This document shows positions 27,643 through 37,416 of a DNA stretch of 64,000 nucleotides, one piece after another. Origin of the DNA: Terriglobia bacterium (GTDB taxonomy: Bacteria > Acidobacteriota > Terriglobia > Terriglobales > Acidobacteriaceae); assembly GCA_963761385.1 (NCBI GenBank), contig CAVXGY010000001.1, positions 25,813 through 89,812 on the forward strand, given 5' to 3'. The position numbers and the translations under genes were made by a program. Every line of letters starts with the position of its first letter. Position 1 is the stretch's first letter. The notes below the pieces were generated by a model. That model was not told the origin of the DNA, did no database searches, and saw only the letters and a list, made by a program, of their open reading frames with translations.

Positions 27643-29112
27643 TTACTTAATCACCCCTGCCACCGACACAGGACCCGCCATCTTTAACACGTATGCGTAC
27701 TGTCCTGGCAACGCGGCAGGCAACGTTACCTCAACATCGGAGCCGTGTTGGGACCAAACCAGAGGTTTTGCCGCTCCCAGTAAGAAGATCTGCGTACCCG
27801 CTTTGGGCGAAGTCGACTTGAGTGTAATCGTGGGTGTCTTCGGCGTGCCCAGCAGGGTGGCATAAACTGCGGCGTCGCTTTGAGTGAACCGGAAAGGAAT
27901 GCCTTCGGAGGTTTTGCCTTCCGCGGTTTGCCAGGGACGAGTACCGTAAATAGCTTCGCCATTCTGCTTGAGCCACGCCCCGAGAGCCTCTAAACGCTTC
28001 ATCTGGACCGGCGGAATGGTACCGTCAGCTTCGGGGCCAACGTCAAGCAAAAGGTTGCCATTCTTGCTGACGATGTCCACCAGCAAATAGACAAGTTCAT
28101 CGGGAGCGATGGTTTCGGATTCCCCTTCCGCCCGGTTGTAGCCAAATGACCTTCCCAGGCCACGGCATTCTTCCCACTTTGTCGGACTAATCCTGTCCAG
28201 GACCTGGTACTCCGGAGACTTGAAATCAGAATGCTTCACGCCAAAACGATCGTCTACAACGCCGTCCGGCACAGCATTGTAATACTCGGCCATGATTTCA
28301 AGCGGGTGCCCAGATTTGGGATAGTCAATGTCGTTCCAAATCACAGCCGGACGGTAGCGTTGGATAAGTTCCCTCACCTGCGCGTCAGCGTACTTTCCGT
28401 AAGCGTCGCTTTGAGGTTTCACACTTTGATAGTCAGCCGCGGTCCGAATCGGACCCGGCACGAATGTCCAGTCGTAGCCGCCGGAATAATACAGACCCAT
28501 GCGCAAATCCTGCAGGTTGACGGCGGTGGTTAGTTCACCAACGATGTCGCGGGTTGCATGTTGCCGGTCTGCGGGCAACTTGGGATTCGGCGTTGCGCTG
28601 GGCCAAAGAGTGAATCCATCGTGATGTTTGGTAGTGAGCACGACGTATTTAGCGCCTGCGTCGCGAAATATCTTCGCCCAGGCGTCGGGACTCCACTTCT
28701 TGATTTCCTGATCGAAGGTGGAGGCAAAGTTGTAGTAGTCATAGTCGGCGCCATAGTGCTCGCGATGATAGGCCTGCGTCGGCGACCCGTCGATGCGCAT
28801 TACGTTGAGGTACCACTCCGCGTAGGGGTTGTTCTTGATGTAGTCGGGCGCGGTAAAATCGTGCTCAGGATGAATCAACGGAGCCCATCCCGGAACCGAA
28901 TACAGGCCCCAGTGAACAAAAATCCCCAGCTTCGCGTCGGCATACCACTGTGGAAGCGGATGCTGATTTAGCGATTCCAAAGTCGCCTGGTAGTGCTGCG
29001 GCGGTTGTATTTGGGCGGCTACGACCGTAACCATCCAAAGCATCAACAACACCACAACACTTTGGTTGAACAGCCGTGACACGGACAGGACCGAAACGGC
29101 TCGAGTTTTCAT
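27643..29112 (-). CDS. GH29 alpha-L-fucosidase, Sec signal
   Basis: 489 aa with signal VVVLLMLWMVTVVAAQ. Motifs are AKLGIFVHWGLYSV, HHDGFTLWPS and VIWNDIDY. Confidence 0.9.
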   Translation of the reverse strand: MKTRAVSVLSVSRLFNQSVVVLLMLWMVTVVAAQIQPPQHYQATLESLNQHPLPQWYADAKLGIFVHWGLYSVPGWAPLIHPEHDFTAPDYIKNNPYAEWYLNVMRIDGSPTQAYHREHYGADYDYYNFASTFDQEIKKWSPDAWAKIFRDAGAKYVVLTTKHHDGFTLWPSATPNPKLPADRQHATRDIVGELTTAVNLQDLRMGLYYSGGYDWTFVPGPIRTAADYQSVKPQSDAYGKYADAQVRELIQRYRPAVIWNDIDYPKSGHPLEIMAEYYNAVPDGVVDDRFGVKHSDFKSPEYQVLDRISPTKWEECRGLGRSFGYNRAEGESETIAPDELVYLLVDIVSKNGNLLLDVGPEADGTIPPVQMKRLEALGAWLKQNGEAIYGTRPWQTAEGKTSEGIPFRFTQSDAAVYATLLGTPKTPTITLKSTSPKAGTQIFLLGAAKPLVWSQHGSDVEVTLPAALPGQYAYVLKMAGPVSVAGVIK

Positions 29113-29239
29113 CTCTGGCTCCTGGGGAACACTTTTTGTCTAGGGCAGCTTCGCAAAACAAAAGGGGATCATTTCAATCGCAGGCCCGTCGCAAGGGAGG
29201 GTTCCGCTCTGCCCCACATTTCGGTACACCTCCGAGATT

Positions 29240-29249
29240 CAAGCGCTTG
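29240..29249. promoter_or_regulatory. candidate LacI-type operator core (perfect 10-bp palindrome, CG centre)
   Basis: caagcgcttg lies about 130 nt upstream of the 29112 fucosidase start. It fits the AA-N-CG-N-TT core common to LacI-family operators. There is a single copy only. Confidence 0.25.
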
Positions 29250-29284
29250 CTGAAGAATTATAGACCTTTTATTAACCGTATTAT

Positions 29285-29395
29285 GCCAATTTGAGCGCTC
29301 GAACAACTACTCTGGAAGAGGAAGTAGAGAAACGTCCGGTGACATGGCAGATGACCCATCCCGGAGTGGGTCCGCTGACGGGCCTTACCTTTCGG
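29285..29395 (+). mobile_element. relic fragment of an IS110-family transposase
   Basis: The plus-frame translation LSARTTTLEEEVEKRPVTWQMTHPGVGPLTGLTFRF matches the conserved ..L..iPGVGp.tA.. core of IS110 transposases. There are stop codons on both sides and no full ORF. Confidence 0.5.
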
Positions 29396-29423
29396 TTTGG
29401 TGGTTGCGGATCTGAGGTCTTCG

Positions 29424-29465
29424 TTGCAGAAGGTGGATTTGAACCACCGATCTTTAGGTCATGAG
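29424..29465 (-). pseudogene. tRNA 3' fragment (anticodon loop to acceptor end), not an intact tRNA
   Basis: The minus strand reads ctcatga cctaa agatc ggtgg ttcaaat ccacc ttctgca a. The T-arm is perfect and a CAT sits in the loop position. No complementary 5' acceptor strand or D-arm lies upstream. Confidence 0.45.
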
Positions 29466-29690
29466 TGCAACCATCAACAACATCTGAAGACAATGCGCGG
29501 CGCAAAGAGTAACGCATTGTCCTTAAGAAGAGCTAACTGGAATCGTATCTGCCTCTGTGTTGCTCTTGTGATTCGTGCGATTGCGATTGCGTCGCTCAGT
29601 ACGCCAGCTCCGGGGTCGGCTTCCTAATTGCACCAGGAGGCACGAATCACACAGGAAAGAGGTCCTTCTGGCAGATCAGGTCGGCAATCC

Positions 29691-30641
29691 TTATTCACTG
29701 GTTGCAATGTTTTGTGACAAAAGCGGAACTGCTCCCATTAGCGCCGCACTGTTCCCAAGTTCGGCGGCGCGGACCTGAACCTTGCCCCAGGGTGTCCACG
29801 CGTATTTGTGCACATAGGACTCGATGTGAGGAATGATAGCGTTTGCGCTCTTCATTACACCGCCGCCGATCACAATCATCTCCGGATCGTATGCATGAAC
29901 CAAACCGACCGCCGTGGCGGCCCAGACATTCAAACAGCGGTCGCGAATCGCAACGGCGACCGTGTCTCCACGCGCAGCTTCTTCAAAAAGCTCCTTGAAT
30001 CCGACCTTAGAATATCTCGACAACGCGCTGTCTCCAGCTGCGGGCCAACCCTTTATAATCATGGGCAGCGACCACCCGCTCGCTTCCGCTTCCGCGCAAC
30101 CGATCGCCCCACAAGTGCATGGCCGGCCATTGAATACTGCCGGAAAATGCCCGCCCAGGCAACCTGCTTGCGCATGCTTGCCGCAAAGCAACTTGCCTTC
30201 GATCATTGCCACGCCGCCAATGCCAGTGCCTAACGTCATCATCACGACATCAGTAATGCCACGCGCCGCTCCAGCGTACGATTCCCCCAACAGTGCCATA
30301 CGAGCATCGTTCTCAATCCGCACCGGCAAGCCAACATTTTCGCGAAACCATTCGGCAAGCTCGATGTCCCTGACGTCCTCGTACTTGCCGTCAGTTGAGA
30401 GGATTCGGTTCACGCGCGAATCAACAAGAGCCGCAAATCCGATTGCTACGCCCGCAACGTCACGAAATGATAGCCCCCGCCTTTGCATGAGCTCGCGGCA
30501 GGCATCCCGAATTCGCGGCAGCACTGCCCGGAGACTCTTCGCGCTATCTGTATCAATCGTCTCATGCGCAAGAAGGACGCGATCCTCGACCAAGCCGCAC
30601 GTTGCGTGTGTTCCGCCAAAGTCAACTGCCAAGGCTTTCAT
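29691..30641 (-). CDS. ROK-family sugar kinase
   Basis: The ORF track gives 29691..30680. The internal start gives MKALAVDFGGTHATCGLV. It has the ROK zinc motif CTCGAIGCAEAEASG. Confidence 0.9.
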   Translation of the reverse strand: MKALAVDFGGTHATCGLVEDRVLLAHETIDTDSAKSLRAVLPRIRDACRELMQRRGLSFRDVAGVAIGFAALVDSRVNRILSTDGKYEDVRDIELAEWFRENVGLPVRIENDARMALLGESYAGAARGITDVVMMTLGTGIGGVAMIEGKLLCGKHAQAGCLGGHFPAVFNGRPCTCGAIGCAEAEASGWSLPMIIKGWPAAGDSALSRYSKVGFKELFEEAARGDTVAVAIRDRCLNVWAATAVGLVHAYDPEMIVIGGGVMKSANAIIPHIESYVHKYAWTPWGKVQVRAAELGNSAALMGAVPLLSQNIATSE

Positions 30642-30686
30642 CTGAAGATGATCCCCCGTAATATACGCAATTCGAAACAATCCAAC

Positions 30687-32081
30687 TTACCTGCTCAACG
30701 TCTCTTGAATCTGTTCGAGCGAGCGACCTTTCGTCTCAGGAACCATCTTCCAGACGAAAATGCAGCAAAGGCAGGAAAGCGCGGCGTAGATCGCAAATGT
30801 TCCCCAAAGGTCCAGAGTCTTCACCAAACTGAGAAATGTAAACGTCACCAGAAGTGTGCCCGACCAGAGAGTTGACGTCGCGATCGAGGCAGCGCGACCT
30901 CGCACTTTTGTTGGGAAAATCTCTGAGATGATCAGCCAGGGGCCGGGACCCATGCCAAGAGCGAAACAGGCGACATAAAGCAGAATGCTGGCCAGCATCA
31001 GTACTGGCGAGACGCCTTCAACATTCAAACCGATTACCAGAAATGCGAGCGCTATCGTCATCCCTCCGCTCGAGATAATCAAAATCGCCCGCCTGCCCCA
31101 GCGGTCGAGAAACACCATGGCGACAATTGTGAACAATAAATTCACCGCTCCAATAATCACGTTCGCGATCAGTGCAATACTCGTCGATTGTCCTGGGAAG
31201 TGCTCACTGACGATGATTGAGCCGTAGTAGAGGACGGCGTTGATTCCGGTAATTTGCGAGAAGAGCGCGAGCAACATTCCAACTGCAAGACGCTTGCGCA
31301 TGTTCGGCGAGAGCAACTCATGCCATGAGCCCTCCTCCCCCGCGGCGGCTTGTTCGACAGCCTCGACCTGTTGCGTCGCGCTCCGCTCGCCGACAATTCG
31401 CGCCAGGATGCGTTCACCTTGATCGCGGCGGCCTGTGCTGATCAGCCAGCGTGGACTCTCGGGAATCAGAAGCAGCCCAAATAGAAACGCGATTGATGGC
31501 ACTGCCGCGGCGGCTAACATCCAGCGCCAACTGCTCTCTCCGAGGCGGGCAACCTGCCAATTGACCAGATAAGCCGAGAGAATGCCAACGACGATCGCCA
31601 ATTGATTTAACGAGACGAGCGCCCCTCGATTTTTTGAAGGCGCAATCTCCGCGATATAGATTGGCGTGAGCACGGAAGCCAGACCGATCGCCAGCCCCCC
31701 AAAGAGGCGAGCTGCGGAAAAGCTTGTGATTGTGCTGGCTAGCGCCGCGCCGAAGGAGGAAAGTGCAAACAACAATGCTGAAGCAATCAGCGACCTCCGC
31801 CGGCCGTAGCGGTCGCCGATGATACTTGCGCCGGCAGCGCCGAGCAGACAACCTACCAGGAGCGAGCTTGCCGCGATCTCAGTCTGCAGGTTCGAAAGCG
31901 CAAATTGGCGGCGGAGTAGAAGCAGGACTCCATTGATGACAGCAGTGTCGAAACCGAAAAGAAATCCGGAAATTGCAGTGGTCGCCGCCAGCAGCACGAC
32001 GTAGCTGAGCGACTGCGCTTTTGCTTCCCCAACCTCAGCATTACCAGTTGCGGCCGGGACGTGCATGCAGTGCTCCTCCAA
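30687..32081 (-). CDS. MFS sugar-porter-family transporter
   Basis: 464 aa, 12 TM segments. Motifs are GDRYGRRRSL, PESPRWL and VPETKGRSLEQI. Confidence 0.9.
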   Translation of the reverse strand: MEEHCMHVPAATGNAEVGEAKAQSLSYVVLLAATTAISGFLFGFDTAVINGVLLLLRRQFALSNLQTEIAASSLLVGCLLGAAGASIIGDRYGRRRSLIASALLFALSSFGAALASTITSFSAARLFGGLAIGLASVLTPIYIAEIAPSKNRGALVSLNQLAIVVGILSAYLVNWQVARLGESSWRWMLAAAAVPSIAFLFGLLLIPESPRWLISTGRRDQGERILARIVGERSATQQVEAVEQAAAGEEGSWHELLSPNMRKRLAVGMLLALFSQITGINAVLYYGSIIVSEHFPGQSTSIALIANVIIGAVNLLFTIVAMVFLDRWGRRAILIISSGGMTIALAFLVIGLNVEGVSPVLMLASILLYVACFALGMGPGPWLIISEIFPTKVRGRAASIATSTLWSGTLLVTFTFLSLVKTLDLWGTFAIYAALSCLCCIFVWKMVPETKGRSLEQIQETLSR

Positions 32082-32144
32082 AGGTTCGTATTGAGATCAC
32101 GCTGAACTCAGGGTTAGACAATCCTGAAGTCGAGTTCGCGAGGC

Positions 32145-33902
32145 TCACATCTGTCCAGACCGCACGAAGGCTTTGATCGTGGCGCACTTTGATCCCCCGG
32201 ATTCTCCACCGGGACGAATCGTGTATGCGCCAACTGCCGCAGGCACGATGAAAGTTTCCGCGTAGTGAACTGCAAACGGATCAAAGGCGCCACTCGGACT
32301 CTCCACAATTGCTTCCCTGCCCTCCACAAGATTCAGGATGTTTACGGTGCCTTTCGTATCGTGTGGAGTGTTATCCGTGAACCAATTCCGGCGCGTCTCA
32401 ATAAATTCCAGCTCGTGCAACCCCGTCCGCTCCTCGGTCCAGCCTGTGCCTTTGCCCGCAATCTCGACTCGGTTGATCAGGTTCTTTTTTACCCAGTCCG
32501 TTTGCCGGTCCCAGGCGATGTTTGCGAGTCCATGATCGAGATGAATCGGCCGCGGCAAGCCATTCAGGCCGAGCCGCCCCCAATCCCATAGTTTGAAGGT
32601 GAAGATATATGGAGTCGCGCTGATTTCGAGTACCATGCTGTTTTTTCCAGAGCAGTGAATCGTTCCGGCTGGAATCAGAAAGTGATCGTGCTTCTTGGCA
32701 GGAAACTTGTTGACGTAAGCGTCTGAGTGAAACGACGATCCACCCTCTTGCGCGAGCCGCAGTTCGCGGGCCATTGCCTCACGATCGATTCCCGTCTTCA
32801 GGCCAAGATAGACAGAGCCGTCTTCGCCAGCGTCGAGCAAGTAGTAACTTTCATCTTGTGTATAGTCCATGCCAAACTGCTGGCGAATGTATTCGGTGCG
32901 GGGATGAACCTGCAGCGAAAGGTTCCCGCCGCCCATCGTGTCCAGGAAATCAAAACGGATCGGAAACTCCGCGCCGAACCGGCTGTAAATGTGGTCTCCG
33001 AGTAACTCACGGGGGTGAAGAAACGTGAGGTCGATCGCCGGCAACTCAATTTGCAAATCGCCGAACCCAAGAAGCAAGCTGTTTTCTTCGGGAACGCAAT
33101 CGAAACACCACGCATGATTGGGCACGTCCTTTGGCAGATCGCATACTTTTTCCATCCAGTGCCCGCCCCACGGGCCGGGATCGAAGTAAGGAACCACGCG
33201 AAACGGCCGACTCGCGACCGTCCTGAGTCCCGCTCGTACGCAATCTCCGGCCACGAGTTTTGGCGTGGGACCGTTTGTGTCTAAGAAGAAGTCGGCTTTC
33301 TGCAGGAGTTCTCTCTTGAGGCGATCGGCGGCGCGCCAGTCTACAAAAAATGCTCTCTTATATTTCAGACCTGGACTTTCCTGGATATTGTCCGCTCCCA
33401 GATTTGAGGTCTCATTTCGGCGCTGCCGCCCTTGGATCTCCCAGCGTGCCAGGTCGGCGTAAATAAGAACTTCGGATTGTGGCGAAACGATCGCCGCACC
33501 GACTCCTACCACAAGCAGCAGTCCGTTTTCCCAAGTTGTGACTTTCTCGCGTGCGTGGCTCAGTTCCGCTTCTTCGAAAAACGCCTGCAGACCAATTTCG
33601 TTCATGCGCCCGAAGACCGGGTCATCACCCAAGACTGGCGCCAGCAACCTGTCCACGCGGGGTGGTGCTTTTAGCAAGTCGGGTGTGTAAATCAAGCCTG
33701 CGGGACGCAGCCCTTCGACGAGCACATCCTTAATGAGTGCTTCAAATGTGCCGGGGTAGCATTCAACAGCGAGAGTGCATCGGCTTTCTGCGCACCAAGG
33801 CTTCAACCGATCGATGACGTTCCGCCAGCCCACCTGGCAATCGGCCATGCTGGTACTCACGGGAATACAGGGATGCTTGTCGTAGTTTGATCTAGGCGAC
33901 AT
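32145..33902 (-). CDS. class I mannose-6-phosphate-isomerase-like cupin protein with ~260-aa N-terminal extension
   Basis: C-terminal half carries PGPWGGHWM, LSLQVHPRTEY, DESYYLLDAGE and FLIPAGTIHCSG, which match PMI type I metal-site landmarks. Confidence 0.75.
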   Translation of the reverse strand: MSPRSNYDKHPCIPVSTSMADCQVGWRNVIDRLKPWCAESRCTLAVECYPGTFEALIKDVLVEGLRPAGLIYTPDLLKAPPRVDRLLAPVLGDDPVFGRMNEIGLQAFFEEAELSHAREKVTTWENGLLLVVGVGAAIVSPQSEVLIYADLARWEIQGRQRRNETSNLGADNIQESPGLKYKRAFFVDWRAADRLKRELLQKADFFLDTNGPTPKLVAGDCVRAGLRTVASRPFRVVPYFDPGPWGGHWMEKVCDLPKDVPNHAWCFDCVPEENSLLLGFGDLQIELPAIDLTFLHPRELLGDHIYSRFGAEFPIRFDFLDTMGGGNLSLQVHPRTEYIRQQFGMDYTQDESYYLLDAGEDGSVYLGLKTGIDREAMARELRLAQEGGSSFHSDAYVNKFPAKKHDHFLIPAGTIHCSGKNSMVLEISATPYIFTFKLWDWGRLGLNGLPRPIHLDHGLANIAWDRQTDWVKKNLINRVEIAGKGTGWTEERTGLHELEFIETRRNWFTDNTPHDTKGTVNILNLVEGREAIVESPSGAFDPFAVHYAETFIVPAAVGAYTIRPGGESGGSKCATIKAFVRSGQM

Positions 33903-33955
33903 TCGTATTCATTTAAGATTCCGCCGGACTAACAGGGAGCTTCGCCAGTGCGAAT

Positions 33956-36583
33956 CTATTCCAGTTCGAACGATGCCGGAGCAAAGCCGCTGAGTGAGAA
34001 CTCGAACGACCCGGCTTGGATCGCAATTGGCGGACCTAGCGAATCGCCGCGTAGGTTCACAGGCCTGGCGATGTGTGCGAGTGATCCGGAAGGGAGTTGC
34101 ACGGTTACTTTGCCGGATTCTCCCGCGAGTTCCCATAAGCGCAAGAAGGTCACTCCACCTTTTGACTTTTGCTTCATCTCGGTGACGATCACCCCCTTAC
34201 GCGAGACGCTAACCCCTGACTGACTTGCGGGAAGTAGTCCACGAGCGCCGGAGCCGGCCGAAGCGCCCAAGGGCAGCATAGTCTCCAGCGCGGGAATGGC
34301 CAGTTGGTCGCCAAACCAAATGCGTACTCGGGAACTCCAGGTGCCCGGATACCAATAACGGTAATTCGTATTCCATTGGTTGTTGTACAGATTGAGAAAG
34401 ACCACTGGCTTCTTAGGAACAAAATCCAGAGAAAACTTCCAGATCCCTGGCGTATCCAGGCTGACCAACGGGTGGTCCATGGGACAGAGCGAGACGCTCG
34501 CTCCATCGCTGCCCGTGATTGTCAGTCCGGCGCCAACCGCATAGATGTGGCGATTCGCGCCCGTCAAAATATCTCTTGACGGGTCCATGACTCCAAGCGT
34601 CCGGGCAACGCGGAACTGCGGCGAGTTCAATCTGAATGGCAGGCAAAGCCAGTCGGCTTCCGGCCAGTTGTCCTTCGCTTTATTCTTGATTGTGAGCTCG
34701 AGATCGAGGTAAGCAACGCCTGAATGAATGGTCACGCGCAACAGAGTTGCCGGAAGATGGTTATTCAAATCGCCCGGCATCTCTAGAACGCCGGTCAGCG
34801 TTCCACCATGTTTAAGGAGATGCATTGTGCCGTTCGTGCCTGAAGCACGACGGTAGCGCACCCCAGCGGAAAGACCAGGCTTGGACATCCCTGGATGAAG
34901 ATGACTACCCCATCTGCCTTGTTGATACGCTCGGCAGTACTCCTCTGTCTGTGAACTTTCAAATCTCTCGTTGAGATATTGCCCCAGGCCGTATTCAGCG
35001 GATCCGTCTACCCACTCTCGGCCGGTGCTCTTCTCGAGAAGCGACGCAACCACGCCGCGGACAGGATCGAGGGTTACCTTGATGAATTCGTTTTCCAACG
35101 TGTTCCCGGCCAGTGGCTTCGACTCCACAGGGGGTGGAGGAGGGAACGTTCTGTAACCGAGTGCCGGAATATCCTTAGCAACAAATGAGGTGCCATCGAT
35201 CTCGACTACCCCAGAACGTGGCCAAGGCAGTGGATTGTAGACCACAACTCTAGATCCGGCGGCGTCAACTGCCCGCGTGAGAGCGGTGAGCCCAGCATTC
35301 AACAATGATGAAGTTATGCTTGCTGCATTTCGGATATAGTTGGTCTTGTCTTCCCAGGAGGATTGCAGTTTCTGATACTTGTTCGCAGGAAGCTCCTTAA
35401 ACGCTTTCCCGTAAACGTCAACAGACTCTCCAAGACCCCAGGTATGCTCACTGTATAGCAGGCTTTGTTCAAACGCCTTCGCGACTTGCTCATCGTGCTC
35501 CTCAACTGGCACACCCCACTGGCACAATTGAGTGTGCAGAACCTCAACAGCTGGGATCAGTGGACGCACATTCCGGGCGTGTCGCATTCCTCCGGGATCC
35601 GACATGCATCCATGAATCCATGTGTCTGGTGCTTCACCGCGAACAACAGCCAATTCCGGTTTCTCTGCCAGGATAGCGTCGGCGATGTCGTCCAACGTAC
35701 CCATTCGGACTTTTACGTCGGGAAACTTTTCTAATGCTTCAGCAAACAGGGACCTGACCGCTTCCATAGTCGGTGGTCCGGAATTGTCCGCAGTAACAAT
35801 GATGGCGGGCCAGGTTTTATATGGCCAGTTAGCGGGAGGCAGCAGGTTATGTCCAATGTATGGATCTCCCTCCCCTCCCCAGGGCCACAGCGCTGTACAC
35901 GTTCCATAGATGGTCGAATACATAGTCATCACACGTGAACCGTCCGGACCCTCCCACCAAAAGAGCGGTGGCAGATCATGAACATACCCGGATGGCCAGT
36001 TGCACCCGATGTGCATGAATCTTATTCCACCGTGCGCAAGGCCTGTCGCGAGCGCTCTCGATTGTGAAGGCACGTCTGATGTTTTCGCCGCCCGCGGTAT
36101 CGGCATTCCATAGCGCTGACACGACCGATCGGCAAACGCGTAACCTCGTGCGAATTCTTCCGGCCACATTAACTCGCTCTCAATGCTGAAGGGCAGCGCG
36201 TGAGCGACAAGTCGGCCATTCTTCACAGCTCGGTCGAGTCGTTGACGACGTTCGGCCGTCTGTCCGGGCCAGTCCTCAGTAATCCAATCGAAAACCCAAC
36301 CGGGGCACGTCCAGGTGAATTGTTCTTCCTGCGGCAATTCCTTCGATCTATCGATGAGATCGACCGCGCGATCAATCATCGTAGTGCGGTAGTAGTTCAA
36401 AACGTCCTCTACTCTGTCCGAATATCCGATGTCGAAATGTGTCTTGCACACCACGATGATTTCGCTTATCCGACTCGCTGCGGGTGAAGATGAGTTGACT
36501 GACGAACTTGCACTTTTCTGGCCCAAGACTATGGCGGGGGCTCCAGCCAGCAATCGCATCGCAGTTCGTCGGGTAAGAATCAT
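33956..36583 (-). CDS. GH38-like glycoside hydrolase (alpha-mannosidase family, divergent), TAT signal
   Basis: 875 aa with MILTRRTAMRLLAGAPAIVLG. The N-terminal VVCKTHFDIGYSDRVEDVL resembles the metal-binding start of GH38 N-domains. Confidence 0.6.
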   Translation of the reverse strand: MILTRRTAMRLLAGAPAIVLGQKSASSSVNSSSPAASRISEIIVVCKTHFDIGYSDRVEDVLNYYRTTMIDRAVDLIDRSKELPQEEQFTWTCPGWVFDWITEDWPGQTAERRQRLDRAVKNGRLVAHALPFSIESELMWPEEFARGYAFADRSCQRYGMPIPRAAKTSDVPSQSRALATGLAHGGIRFMHIGCNWPSGYVHDLPPLFWWEGPDGSRVMTMYSTIYGTCTALWPWGGEGDPYIGHNLLPPANWPYKTWPAIIVTADNSGPPTMEAVRSLFAEALEKFPDVKVRMGTLDDIADAILAEKPELAVVRGEAPDTWIHGCMSDPGGMRHARNVRPLIPAVEVLHTQLCQWGVPVEEHDEQVAKAFEQSLLYSEHTWGLGESVDVYGKAFKELPANKYQKLQSSWEDKTNYIRNAASITSSLLNAGLTALTRAVDAAGSRVVVYNPLPWPRSGVVEIDGTSFVAKDIPALGYRTFPPPPPVESKPLAGNTLENEFIKVTLDPVRGVVASLLEKSTGREWVDGSAEYGLGQYLNERFESSQTEEYCRAYQQGRWGSHLHPGMSKPGLSAGVRYRRASGTNGTMHLLKHGGTLTGVLEMPGDLNNHLPATLLRVTIHSGVAYLDLELTIKNKAKDNWPEADWLCLPFRLNSPQFRVARTLGVMDPSRDILTGANRHIYAVGAGLTITGSDGASVSLCPMDHPLVSLDTPGIWKFSLDFVPKKPVVFLNLYNNQWNTNYRYWYPGTWSSRVRIWFGDQLAIPALETMLPLGASAGSGARGLLPASQSGVSVSRKGVIVTEMKQKSKGGVTFLRLWELAGESGKVTVQLPSGSLAHIARPVNLRGDSLGPPIAIQAGSFEFSLSGFAPASFELE

Positions 36584-36645
36584 GCTTCCGCTTTTTTGAA
36601 GGAATAATGAGGGTTTGGCAAACGAATCTCTTTAGGATCGTACTC

Positions 36646-37407
36646 TCACGCTGCTGCGATCAGCCTCAATCCCTGGCCTTCCGGATCGTTGTGCACTGCG
36701 CACGTGCTATCGAACTGCATCGTTGCTCGGCGTTCCGAGGTGAGGTTTTCGCCATCGTAGGAAAGGAGATCGTGACCGCTGCCACTGGAAAAGCCGCCCC
36801 CGTGCATGTAAACCATCACTGGGCGTTTATGGTAGCCGTTGATCTCGGGTGTCCAAAGATTAAGGCGCAGGCAGTCTTCGCCTGGAATTGTGGCGGCTGC
36901 ACCACGATGGAGCACGAATGCATCTTCATCATCCGTACTCGCGAGATTTTTTCCATCGGTGTTGAAGTGAGCGCAATCCTCGTTAGGACAGACACGACCA
37001 TATTGCAGCGCGTTGCGAATTCCGCTCCAGGGCTCGGGACTCGCCGGAGGCATGAAGCGCCTTGGGTCAGCTGTGGAAGCACCATGGGGCCCGCTTTTGA
37101 AAATGTACACGCCGTTCCGGCGGAAGCCGCGTATTTTTCCAGCGGCCGTCTCGGCGACGGTTTTATCCGAGGCAATAACCCTGCCGTTTCCACAACTGGT
37201 CGTTGCAAACGCTTTGGGCGAAGCTTCCGGCTTGCGCTGTGCTTCGGTGCTTAGGGACAAGATGGCAGAACCTGCCAATCCTGCCCCCGCAGTTGCAATG
37301 CTGCGGAGAAACGAACGTCGTTCCTTAGAACAAGGTGCTGGCTGTCGACCTGGTTGTCTTTCGACAGAGCCACTGTTCTTGCATCTTAATCGTCCACCTT
37401 TCCTCAT
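36646..37407 (-). pseudogene. type-B carboxylesterase with in-frame internal deletion of the catalytic core
   Basis: TAT signal ERRSFLRSIATAGAGLAGSAILS. The N-domain motifs GKIRGF, EDCLRLNLWTP and PVMVYMHGGGF are joined after YDGENL directly to the family C-terminal tail RATMQFDSTCAVHNDPEG. No GxSxG motif is present. Confidence 0.7.
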
Positions 37408-37416
37408 CCATCCGCC

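Noticed and set aside
29400-29540. Possible intact tRNA gene (GGTTCAAATCC T-loop).
   Set aside because: There is no 5' acceptor strand complementary to ttctgca, no D-arm, and the anticodon stem does not pair. Only the 3' portion is present, so it is reported as a fragment.
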